This document shows, piece after piece, positions 48,501-60,500 of a DNA stretch of 64,000 bases. A program made the position numbers and the translations under genes. The DNA comes from Phoronis australis (Eukaryota; Animalia; Phoronida). Location: positions 62,001-126,000 of the forward strand of contig NMRA01000031.1 of assembly GCA_002633005.1 (NCBI GenBank). Reading direction: 5' to 3'. The number at the start of each line of letters is the position of its first letter. Position 1 is the stretch's first letter. The notes under the pieces were generated by a model. The model worked only from the letters and a program-made list of their open reading frames with translations. It was not told where the DNA came from and did no database searches.

Positions 48501-51500
48501 AACAATAGATTAGTATCTTCATTGTTTCCGTTGTTATAATAAAGATATAATGACGAGCACTTATCGGCAACGGTCTCAGTGATGTACGCAAGGTTCTATA
48601 TCCATGCGACCTGTGTTGTTACATCCAACAATGACACAACAAAGGAAAACAATGATAGGACCGATGGGCGAAAAACATGCGACGAGTTGCCATGGACAGT
48701 GGTGGAGTTTGTCTTGTCATTCGAATGTTTTTACAGAACTGCAAACCCGGTATTTCGTCAGGAAAATTTCTGCGGTCTTTTGTTTTAAGTCGTGGGAAAA
48801 ATTGCGGTCATGCAACAAAACTTATCCTTCATTTGATATTACAATGCATTGCATGAACATTTGATCAACAGAAAATCTGACTTGAATATGTGTGAAGAAA
48901 TACCCATGAGGAAATTGCAAAGTAAAACAACTGTAAATCAAAATAACCTACATTTGTCGAGTTCATGTCTAACCCTGTTCACTGTGGAGGACATAATCGG
49001 CTTTTTACAAAATGGAGCCATGTATGGTATTTAGGGGTACTATAGCCCTAAGTGATCAGTAGTAAAACGTTCAAAACATTCAGGAGGAACTAACTTGTTG
49101 CAAAATATCGAAAAACATGAAGGACAATCGGATTTTACGGTGCTCACGCATCGATCTCAGATGTATGAAAATTTCTCATTTTAGTACATTTGAGGTGCCA
49201 AAATATATAACTAATAAACTGGCTGACAAAGTTTTTATTTTATGAAATGAAAGTAACATGTTTTGTCAACATTTTGGCTAAGTTTCATTCTCATAACAGT
49301 GGGGGCAGATTTGGTACAGCAGTGTACTGAACACAACCTCAAAATGGCATAACGGGGGGGAGTGTAGTAAAACTACTAAATGAGGTTGGTAAATCGGAAT
49401 CGTGTTTCAAGACATCTGTGTAACAATCTTTAGGCACCACTGAACAATGCCCAGTGAATAATAAATCAATAGCTTTCATTCAAGGAAAAATATGAGCAGT
49501 TAAAACTGGACAGTTTTTATACCGTGAAAACATGGCTGCGAAGCCGTAAAATGTGTTTGAGTCTATAACTTTAGAAAAACGCAATATTTTGAGGAAATAT
49601 TTTACCGTTGTTTATAGATCCCATAGGACTACCTATGTGCCAAATTTGGTGAAAATCGGCTGACCCCCACCTTGCCGCTCATGGCTGTTGCTCTCGTGGA
49701 CTAGTACTTAATGCTACATTGGCTCGTTTGGGTATATTTCCATTTGGTTTCGAGTGGGAAACTGTATTTTGGGTAAAGGTTGGATGCACAATTCAGTCGT
49801 ACAGGTTTTACATTTTGGTTACAACACACTTTACTTTTTTGCGCAAGTTTCATCACAAAACAGAGAGCTCGTAAGCAAGCAGTGCAAATCTACAAAATTT
49901 CCAATATCAACGTCGACATAAGTACAAGTTTTGCAGGGATTTGTTTGTTCTGATACAACAGAAAACATCTGATTTTGGAATACATATTAAGGAATGAGTT
50001 TTTAAGCAGTGCATATTTCACTAGAGAATACACTATTCACTTAGATGTACTGATTTCGATGGCACGGCTGGCGAGTAATGTGGAACGATCAAGTAAAAAT
50101 ACATGTGATTGTCATTAATACCAAATATTTACTTAAATATAATTAGCAAACAACATCGTCATTGGATAACAGCATATTTTATGCTGGTCTATAATTATCT
50201 TTTTAATTGATCTCATATGGTCTCAATCACCAAGACTGATGTGTAAACAATGCATGTAGTCGCTCCGCTTAAACTATGGTCCGTGGCAGAACATAAGAAC
50301 CTAGTTGCAGCACAACTAAATTCCATGGCTGAACCAAAAAACCCATGACTCAATGGCAGGACCAAAAATGTCTCTTTGGCTTCAGGCATAACACTGCAAG
50401 CCCCCGCATTTCCTGACTGATGTTGTAGGGCTCCCAGTGTTTTCTGCCATTTTTGTCCTTTCCAATATGGTGTCATATTGACAACATGAGTTGCATGTGT
50501 CTGAGTGGCGCGCGCCCGGTCTATGTGATGTCTATGGTATCGACGCTTGAGAATGGCCTCTGTGTGTTTTTAGATTTTTTTTCACAGAAATGTGGCAGTC
50601 ACAGAATTTTCTGTGGCCGTCGATGTAATAGGTATGTCATGTAATACTTGTCACTTAACACAAGAGCTGATCAGCTGTTTTCATGTTTTCACCAAGTAAA
50701 TGTTAATTCATCAGTAAGCAACAAAGAGCAAAATTATTTGCCTAGTACTTAGCCAGCCTGAAATATTGTTTAACAATTGATTCATTCACTCGTGTGTGCA
50801 AATTCTATCTTGAGGTCATTAAGTTAATTATAAAGTTATAAATCTGTCTCCTCTATATAATATTTTAATTTTTGACATAGGTCACTTATGGTGGTGATTC
50901 TGGATTTAACTTGTTGCCTACTTATATTAGGGAGCTGACCTGTCGTTGTTGCTTGAGGTTTGACTGAATAAGTTGGCTTGTCGCGGCATGTTATTTTATC
51001 CACCAATCATGGTTTCAAGCACTAGGGAAATACGAGAGTTCCAGAGAACCAATTTTATAGTGAAAAGTGATCTCAATCAAGAATTTGGTTTTGATGGTCA
51101 AGGACAGATTTATAACCACTTTTAGCTGACACCAATGATGCAGAGAGTGCGGTGAAGTACTATAACTTGGGGGAAAATTCTAACAATTATTATGTAATTG
51201 GTTACCTTCTTCGTAACCAAGGAACAAAATTATTATAAAATGTTAAAGTATTAAAAATACCAAGTACATCTTTGTTAAAAACTCTAATTTTTGATCACAG
51301 AACTGAATTATGTGAACCAAAACAATGCTCTATAGTGTTAACTACAAATTAAAGTTATCTGAGATTTCTGTAAAGGGCTTCATTGTAGGATCGTGGTTTA
51401 ACATAAAAAATCAGGACTCTTGTTTTTTCCAATTGACATCTTCATTTTTGACAGCGGATGTCTCCGCAAAGAAATGCAGTAAAAAATTATCAACATTTAG

Positions 51501-54500
51501 CAGTGTTTGTGCACGTGATCATATTAAATTATTGTGAACATCAATTATACAGCAAAATGGGTCTAAAATTAATACTTAAAAATATACAATGGTAGCCACT
51601 TACTTTAGAAGCTTGTTCTCTTTCTAAATGGCAAGTACTTTCCATTTCCATAGTTTGTTCTTGTGCACCAACAGTTTATCTCTTCTCAAGCTAAGAAAAA
51701 TACTGAAAAAAACAGGATGAGGTCATTTTTGCATAACTTGTGAGTAGTGTTTTCGACAAGACTGATTTAAACAACTAGAACTTGCATAATTCAAATAATG
51801 AAACTTGTTGCAGCTAAGATAAAACCTAGACTGTGTTAACAAGTTCGTAACTAATCAATTTCAGGTGCGACGTATGAAATACAAGTGACCATCAATCCTC
51901 ATGATATTGGCAGTTTCTTAGCTAATATAGTGTTCACATTTCAACATCCGGATGATGGTGAAATCAAGATCGTTCGTAAGATAGCGGCCCATGTCAAGAA
52001 CGATGCGGTGAATGAATTGCAACCAGTTGGCATATATGTCAAGTCTAAGCCGACCGTGGGTGAACCTGCCATTGAAACTATTGAAGGCTTGGCCTTGGAA
52101 GACAAGTTAGTTGTATACTATATGTCTTGTAGCGTGATGTATTGTTCTGACAACATATGACTTATTTTGTTGTTGTCAGTTCTTGTTGGCGTCTGCTAAT
52201 TTCCTTAGGTTTATACTGAATTGTAAGCATGCCAGTGCAATTCTAGTTTCTTCCCCTGTAAGTCATAGTGGGTTGTTAAAATTTGATTTATTTTCGATGC
52301 GTTGCAGTTACAAAAATTTGAAACTTTTCAATGTTTTATATCCAGGCTGCATGTGGTCTGATTCCTCTGTAATGTATTTTCAAACTTATCATTTGTCTGT
52401 TGGTTATAGTGGGCACTCACGTGACGCATAACCAAGCCGTGACCCAATAGCAATGCAATGGATTTGATTTCAAAACATTATACTTGATGTCTCACTCTAC
52501 TATTGCTAAGTAATACTGTCTAAATTTATTTTTTTCTTTCCTTGTGTAGTTTTGAGAGCTCCTTCAGTTGTGGTGTTAACTGATATGGCACAACACACGT
52601 CACCCTTGTTTTGCTCGATACTTCCTGATACTAAATACGTCCTCTTCAATGTTGAAGAGTAAAGCAAGTAAATTTTGAATAATATGTCACATAGAACTCA
52701 CGTCACAGTAAAATGTCACCAGTTTTGTACTAAACGCCAAAATTGTCCTTTTTTGGTTTTCAACCTGCCTCCTAACATCGTTAAGACTCCCTGCAATTTT
52801 TCAAAACTGCATGAATCTCGAACAAGGGACCCATTTAATTTGGTATTGCATATGTTGTGTGAAAAAATGATAAAATAATATTTCAAGTGTTGGCCATATT
52901 GTGTCTTAATTTGTGAGGTTTCACCACATTGTCAATAGAAATTTCACAGACTCATATGGTAATATGTAATTGTTACTCTTGGTTGCAGGGATAGCTCTCA
53001 GCTTGAAAGGGAAATTCCATTGAAAAATTATAGCATTCCAAAGGAACTGCGCAGGATTGCAAATTCAGGATTCAGTGAAACGAGTTTAAAAAATGCTGAG
53101 CATGAGGAACTGCTGTCTGATTTGAAGTGAGCACATGTTTTTTTTATTTTTTTCCATATTTTAAAATAATTGGCGTTCAGGTTTCAACTTCGTTTTTGGC
53201 ATTAGTGGCTGTTGAACAGGTGAAGGCTTTTGTTAGACAGACTTGATGAGTCTTCCTTACCAGTATCATTTTGGCTGATCCACAGAAGGCTTTAGTTTTG
53301 TAAATCAGGTGTTTGGTGTCAACTCAGCATGGTTCGTTAAAAAGGCATGGGTGTGCATTTTGCTGAGCAACCAATTAGGATGAGCCCCTAGGTGGTCATG
53401 ATTGTATCTGATGCCTCAGGTGTTAAGTCAAAGGAGATATCAACTGACTATTTGTATGTTTAGTCCTCTAATATGACGGGATTTGGACCCACAAATAGGA
53501 TTAGAAATGGGCTGTTGCATCATAGCTTCAAAAAGTCTGCAGGTATTAGATTTTTTAGTATACAGGTAATGACGGGGACAATGTCGCACTTGAAACGTGT
53601 ACAAATTTAATATGTGTTTGATGTGCGTATTCTGGCAATGGTTGCACCCATTGTAGGCTCTAGTTGGAGTTAAGAAGGATTACCATTATCTCCTCCATGA
53701 CGTGGTATTAATTTAGAAAGTGCGCAAGTAATTAACAGCGCTACGTAATGCTGGCCTAATTATTATTGTTTTGGATTTTAACATTTTAGTTCATCGAGTC
53801 CAAAATGTCACAATGATGTCATACTAAACAAGCGAATCTGAATTTACTGTGAGTGCTCGTTGTTGTTGCCATTTTTACTGATTGAAGGTTATTTTTTCCA
53901 TACCGCATCACAAAGGACAATGTTAAAAGAACCCGTTGCCATGGACAACCATCAGGAGAGATTCCAAACACTTCTTTACATTGAGGAGATTCAAATGTCT
54001 GTGGACATCAGGAAGTATGACATGGAGAAGGCTGCGTTGACAAAGAATCGATCTGGACGTCTGCTTGTACTCCAGGTACAATATGAAGCTAAATCTGTCT
54101 TTTTTTAAGAAACGATTACCTTTTCATCTCACTGGACCACTGAACGTTATAAAACAGGTTGTTTTTTATTTTACTCAGAACAAACTATATCTGAGCTTTG
54201 GATGATGAGTGTTGCTTTTGGCCACGCAGGACATCTTAGGAGACAATGATAGCCTCCAGCAATAATCAGTCATCGGTTATTTCCATGCCTAGATATCACT
54301 TTAGATATGAGCAAGGAACAATTTGTGACCAATTTTTTAAAGTTAATTTTTATTGCATAACTGTTAGTCAGAAATGGTAAAGAAAATCAAATAAATCATG
54401 GTAACTAAAGATCATATGACATAAATGTGTGGTAGTTTGGATTGCATGGGTGTGGTAACATGCGACAGGATTCGTTTGCCAACAGGTTATTGGGTAGTCA

Positions 54501-57500
54501 TAAATAACATTAGTCATAAATGTCACATGTCTGTATTTTAAGAACCAGTTTTCTCCACTAAAAACGGATCAGACTGGTTCTTAAAATGTGGGCACGTATA
54601 TCCGACTATTGTGGTTCTGTGGTAGTATAACAAACAGTTCTGACCTGCATCACTTTGTGATGTGAGAGTATTTAGAGCGAGTTTCACTCTACTCAATTCC
54701 AGGGTGTCACATGGGCTGATTTGGCGAAGTCAAGTGCAGCAATTTATTTCTTTCTTCCACAGACGCCCAACTTTTTTGCAGGAATCCTTTGCATGTACCA
54801 GTGATTGCACAACAGTCTGATGATTTAACTAGTGAATGTGATGATAAGAAAGAATTGATGAAAAATGGTGTGCATTAACACTGTTTTTAGATTTAAGAAT
54901 CTAACTCTAATCTGTGGGTGATGCTAAATGTTGGCATCATCTAGCGACGTGGGAACATGATATTTTGGGTAATGACTTTTGCAGAAATTTCACCCTCTTT
55001 TGGGATAGCTGAGTTGAACCAAAGCCAGAGCTCCGAGTTTAATCTTTGTACTCAACGTTGTTTAAGACATTTTCTGTTCTACTATATTGCAAACTCACTA
55101 TATTAAGTATCTTGATATTCTGTGGTAAGGAATAGTTTACAATGTTGATAGTCTATAGTCCAACTAACACCTTCTAGCGTTATTGCTGGGACCAGATGGT
55201 CATCTAGTACGTAAACCATAATATATTCCAGCACACTATGTTAGAAAATAATCCGAGTTGGCAAAAAAATAAAGCAGTAACTATCCTTAGCCTAATAATT
55301 TCAAGTTTGAATTCAAATAAAAGAGACCGCATGCACAGGTCTGCCATGACAATTGTTCAGACAGTTGACTAAATATGTTACCTTCTATGATAGCCAAATT
55401 TTAACCTGTCAACAAAAGAGCCATTTTTATGCGCCCACATATTTATGTGTGGACGCATTATGCCGTCATCTCCGTCCGTCGGTCCGTCCGTCGGTCAGTC
55501 TGTCCGTCCGGGCGGCGTCCGTCCGGCGTCCACTGCTTTATCTCCAAAACCCTTTGACATACGTTCATGAAATTTGGCACATATGTTCCATTCATGAATG
55601 GGACGACATGTGCAAACTTTCGGACAGATCCGACTACCGGTGTGCCCCCTAGTGGCAATTTTATTTTTTTACGTGTACCTCTGTATCTTCACAAGTCCTC
55701 AACGGATTTTCATGAAATTTGGTGTGTAGGCACCTATTAGTGCGATGATGCTATCCTCCCGTTTTCGGATGGATTCGACCTAGTTTGCAACACCCAGTGG
55801 CCATTTTTACTGTTTTTTGGCGTCCACCCCTCTATCAACCAGCGCCTCCTAGTGGAAGTTTTTTTTTGCGCCCATGGCTGTATCTCCCAAACCGTTTGCA
55901 GGATCTTTACTAAATTTAGCAAGTGTATTTATGTGATGTTGACAACGGACGATGACGACTTTAGGATGATTTTGACTACCGGTATGCCTCTAGTGGCAAT
56001 TTTAGTATTTTACATTGACCTCTATATTTTCATAGGTCTTCAGGTGTATACTTTGTGTTACTTTGTGACTATGAAGGAAAAGTTCCAAGTAGAAATTTGT
56101 TTCTGGTATTCTAATGCTGTGCTAATCTCATATGTTGGTAAATTTGTTTTAATTTAATTCTATGTTTCTGTGGTGCTTTAAGCAACTGATGTATAGGATG
56201 TGCTTGTATTATGAATATCACTCACATTTTGCCCCTAGCCTATTGAGGAGACAATGACCATGCCTTTCCATTTTGCGAAGTACAACATACTACATATATG
56301 CCCTCTACTGGCCACTTTATGTTATCAATAAACAACCCTAGAAGGATACCGTATACGGTGCAATTGTGGGCGCATTTCAACGCTCTGCATTGCTCTTGTT
56401 ACTGTATTTGAGTCTGTTTTTTGGCGTCCACCCCTCTATCAACCAAACCGCTCTAAGTATGATTGTGAAAATTGGCATGTATGTTCTTACTATGAAGAGG
56501 ACGGTTGACGCTGAATTTCCCATGACTTTGATTACTGTGGTGCCTCCTAGTTGCAGTTTTTTTTTTGCGCCCATGGCTGTATCTCCCAAACCGTTTGCAG
56601 AATCTTTACTAAATTTAGCAAGTGTATTTATGTGATGTTGACAACGAACGATGACGACTTTAGGATGATTCTGACTACCGGTATACCTCTAGTGGCAATT
56701 TTAGTATTTTACATTGACCTCTGTATTTTCGTAGGTCTTCAGGTGTATACTTTGTGTTACTTCGTGACTATGAAGGAAAAGTTCCAAGTAGAAATTTGTT
56801 TCTGGCATTCTAATGCTGTGCTAATCTCGTATGTTGGTAAAGTTGTTTTTAATTCTATGTTTCTGTGGTGCTTTAAGCAACTGATGTATAGGATGTGCTT
56901 GTATTATGAAGATCACTCACATTTTGCCCCTAGCCTATTGAGGAGACAATGGCCATGCCTTTCCATTTTGCAAAGTACAACATACTACATATATGCCCTC
57001 TACAGGCCACTTTATGGTACCAATAAACAACCCTAGAAGGATACCGTATACGGTGCAATTGTGGGCGCATTTCAACGCTCTGCGTTGCTCTTGTCAGTCA
57101 TGCATACCTCTGTCTGGATCATGGTGTTGAGCCACGTTCTTTTGGCATGTATAGTGGTGCCGTATCTTGCACTGTTATGTAGCAATGTGAACCCCTGAAA
57201 AGGAATAGAAATGCACAGTCATGCCACACTTTCAAGATTTTTGAAGGTTTTGGATATTTTGGTGATTCAAGTTACCACAGGGGCAATTAAGCTCTAAATT
57301 TTCTTGGATTAATTGGTGTGCTCCGGCATGCATTTTTGGCCTAATGTCGTGCTTTTTCTTCTAAAAATACTGCATGTTATGTGGTACCATGTGGAGATAA
57401 CTCCGACTAGCTATCACTAAGATGACACAAAATAATATTGGCTTATGAAGTATTACGTTATTTTCAATTACAATGAATTTGATCTAGGTCCCCGGTTTAG

Positions 57501-60500
57501 CTGAAAATCGGCCATCTGTGCTGAAAGGAGACCGTGTATTTCTTCGCAAGAGACTGCCTGGTGACAAATTGGAAAGTAGAGAATATGCAGGTCCGGTTCA
57601 TGTCGTCGGCTTGAATGAAGTGGAGCTAGGAGTTAACTCCAAGTAAGTTACGAGAAATATTGACCTGTTTTGATGGTTTTAATTAATCAGAGAAATTGAC
57701 GAGATTTCAACATTTGAATGATTTTTTGCACTTATTTACCCCCGTCTCTTTTGGTCGTTCAGTTTGGACATCTTACTAGTAAATAAAAACAGCCTGGTTC
57801 CTCACTTGGACTAGAAGTGTTTGCTGGGTTCAAGACGAATTTAGAGATTGATTTGTTATTAATATAAGCATGGCTAAACTAGTGGGCCTGAGCCCGCTGT
57901 TAGTTTGATGTTCCGAGTCTACGATGTTTCAAGAAAAGTGACTTAAGACGTCAGACAGAAATAACCTCTGAAACTCAATGTTAATAAAAGAATAAAGTAT
58001 CTGAGAGTATGCCCACAACTAGTACTCACTGAGACAATTTGCACAAATTATTTTCATCCAGTGATATGCTAGTAATGAGATGACGAAACTTGTCAAGTGG
58101 GAGCGTAACTATTACTTACTGAGAGACAATTGGTACAAATCACTTGAGGCAGTGATGTGCTAATATGTATATGACTAAATTTGTATTTGTAAATTGGGAG
58201 AGTACGACCTAATTTCGGTCTTAAGTCTCAAGTCGCTTTGAATGAAACAGTCCCCTGGTCTCTAGTGATGACTCACTGTTGTGTCAGATAAGCAAAGACA
58301 TTGCTTCTAATGTCAGACAAGCAATGACATTACTTCTAATGTTGGACAAGTAGAGACATCGCTTCTAATGTCAGACAACTTTTAATGTCAGACAAGCAAA
58401 GTCATTGCTTCTAATGTCAGACAAGCAATGACCTTACTTTTAATGTCGAACAAGTAGAGACATCGCTTCTAATGTCAGACAACTTCTAATGTCAGACAAC
58501 AAAGTCATTGCTTCTAATGTCAGACAAGCAAAGACATTACTTCTAATCTGGCTAAAGAAAAGCTAGAGAACAGTTTAATGGTGTAAGCCATTTATTTGGT
58601 GGGAAACAAGGTTATTGCTCCATTTTTTACTCTTGTGCCGACAATTACGCCAAAAACGTCATCACAATTTTATCACTTACCCTATTTCAGAAGTCTATTT
58701 TGTGTATATACGTTATCCTTATGTTTGATTTGGATTTATTTCAGGCTTATGAGTGAGTTTGTGACAAACATGAAGTTCCATGTTCGGTTCACCTACAACC
58801 GTGTCACTATCAAGTCACAGCATCGAGCCGTTGAGTTATGTCAAGAAAATTCTCTCGATAGGTTCTTGTTCCCGACCCTTGAAACAACTTCTACCTGGGG
58901 TCTTCTTAGGCGCTTGGAGGAGCGAATTGTGTAGGTCTTTTGTGCTAATTATGAAATGACTGTGTGAACCTGCCAAATTCGTAACTGGTGGATTATGATT
59001 CACACAGTGGTGTGAGGTGTTACCTGATTGTATTTCTTCTATTCACTATCTGACTGTCTTCTTTGAGCTAACAACACTGAATATTAAGTCACTTTCAGTT
59101 TAGCATAAGGCAGTAAATTTGAAGTCATGCCCAATGATCGCTGACTAGGTATGGTTGCACCATTAAGGTAAGGGATTTAGCATCATTTTCCTTATCTCTG
59201 TGGTGGCTGTACATGAGCTGTTGCCAAAGAGCAGGACGAAAATTATTAGTGATTCAATTCCGCTGTCGTAGTGGCTTAGCGAAAGGGGAGTTCTCCATTA
59301 TGATGGCTGAAAGTAGTGGAATTCATCATAAGTAAGAATGGCCGCCGTGGCGGGGAAATGGTATTTTCTGGTATAATCTTGACATGTATTCGACCTTCAT
59401 CACCATTTATTATGAAAATGGTGGTTAAGGGATGAGTTCTCAGAAAAGTCCAAAAGGTGTCAGCAAGGTATGAGACTTGACTCACTGTTGTTATCTCTGA
59501 GAAGCACAGAAGTCTGATGATTACTGAAAAATTGGCAGACAAAACATTAACGTGAAGATAATAGCTTCGAGTAAATCAATTTGAAAAAGGTTCTGGAATA
59601 CTCTGGCACATTCCTGAAAATCGAAATGGAAAGTGGGGGTAATGTGCCATATTAAAGTGTTCAGTCCAGTTCTGTACTGAGCTAATCTAATCACCTGTAG
59701 TGATGGTTTCATGGCCATGGTTCATGTCATGGGTGACATAGTACTATTTAGTTTTTTTTTTGCGACTGATTACTCTTAGTTTAGTGTAAAGCATAATTTT
59801 TATTTTGCAATTGTGCGATGCTTTTATCTGGTTGGCCTGAATTTGGCCTATGGTATAATTCAACATTTCATTGTTATAGCAAAAGGCACTACAATGAATA
59901 ATAAATAGATACATAATATTTGAAATATCATTACAAACTTGTCCCGTACCGCGACTGTGAACATTTGGGCAATAGTTTTGTACACATGTTGTTATCAGGA
60001 TTTATGATTATAACTTTTTTGTTGTGGGGCAGGGCAATTAACACAAGAGCAATGACTTCAGGGCAATGAAGTACAGACTGAAATGAATAATTGAATTTCT
60101 TCTTTAAAATTTAGTTGTAACAAATATTTAATAATAGCCAAAATGATGTTATCTTTTCTGTTTTGTTGACTAAGGCACATAACCAGAGTGTATAATCGAT
60201 TTATGACTTGTGAACTCTAACTGTCATAAAAGACCACTAGAGAGCGCTTCACAATAGACAAGTATGTTGTTATCTGATCTTGGAAACCAGTTTCTTCTGG
60301 AGTTGAAACTGTACACGGGATTTTTGTAAATATGGCTCGTGAAAATATGAAAAGTGACAAAAATATTTCCATGGAATACTTGACGTGTGAAATGAACAAG
60401 AAAACTTAATTACGTGGAAGTTGTGTCAATTTTCAGTAAAAAAATGCTGCATTGTGGGTCACATGTGGAATCCATGCATTCAGTTATCCATGGCAAGCGC

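Larger units (their letters stand above)
37580..50536. mobile_element. 12,957-bp composite TIR DNA transposon (P-like CATAG termini, 8-bp TSD)
   Basis: GTATCGAC|CATAGACATC..ATAGACTGGGCGCACGC at left; GCGCGCGCCCGGTCTAT..GATGTCTATG|GTATCGAC at right; perfect 8-bp TSD. Confidence 0.82.
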
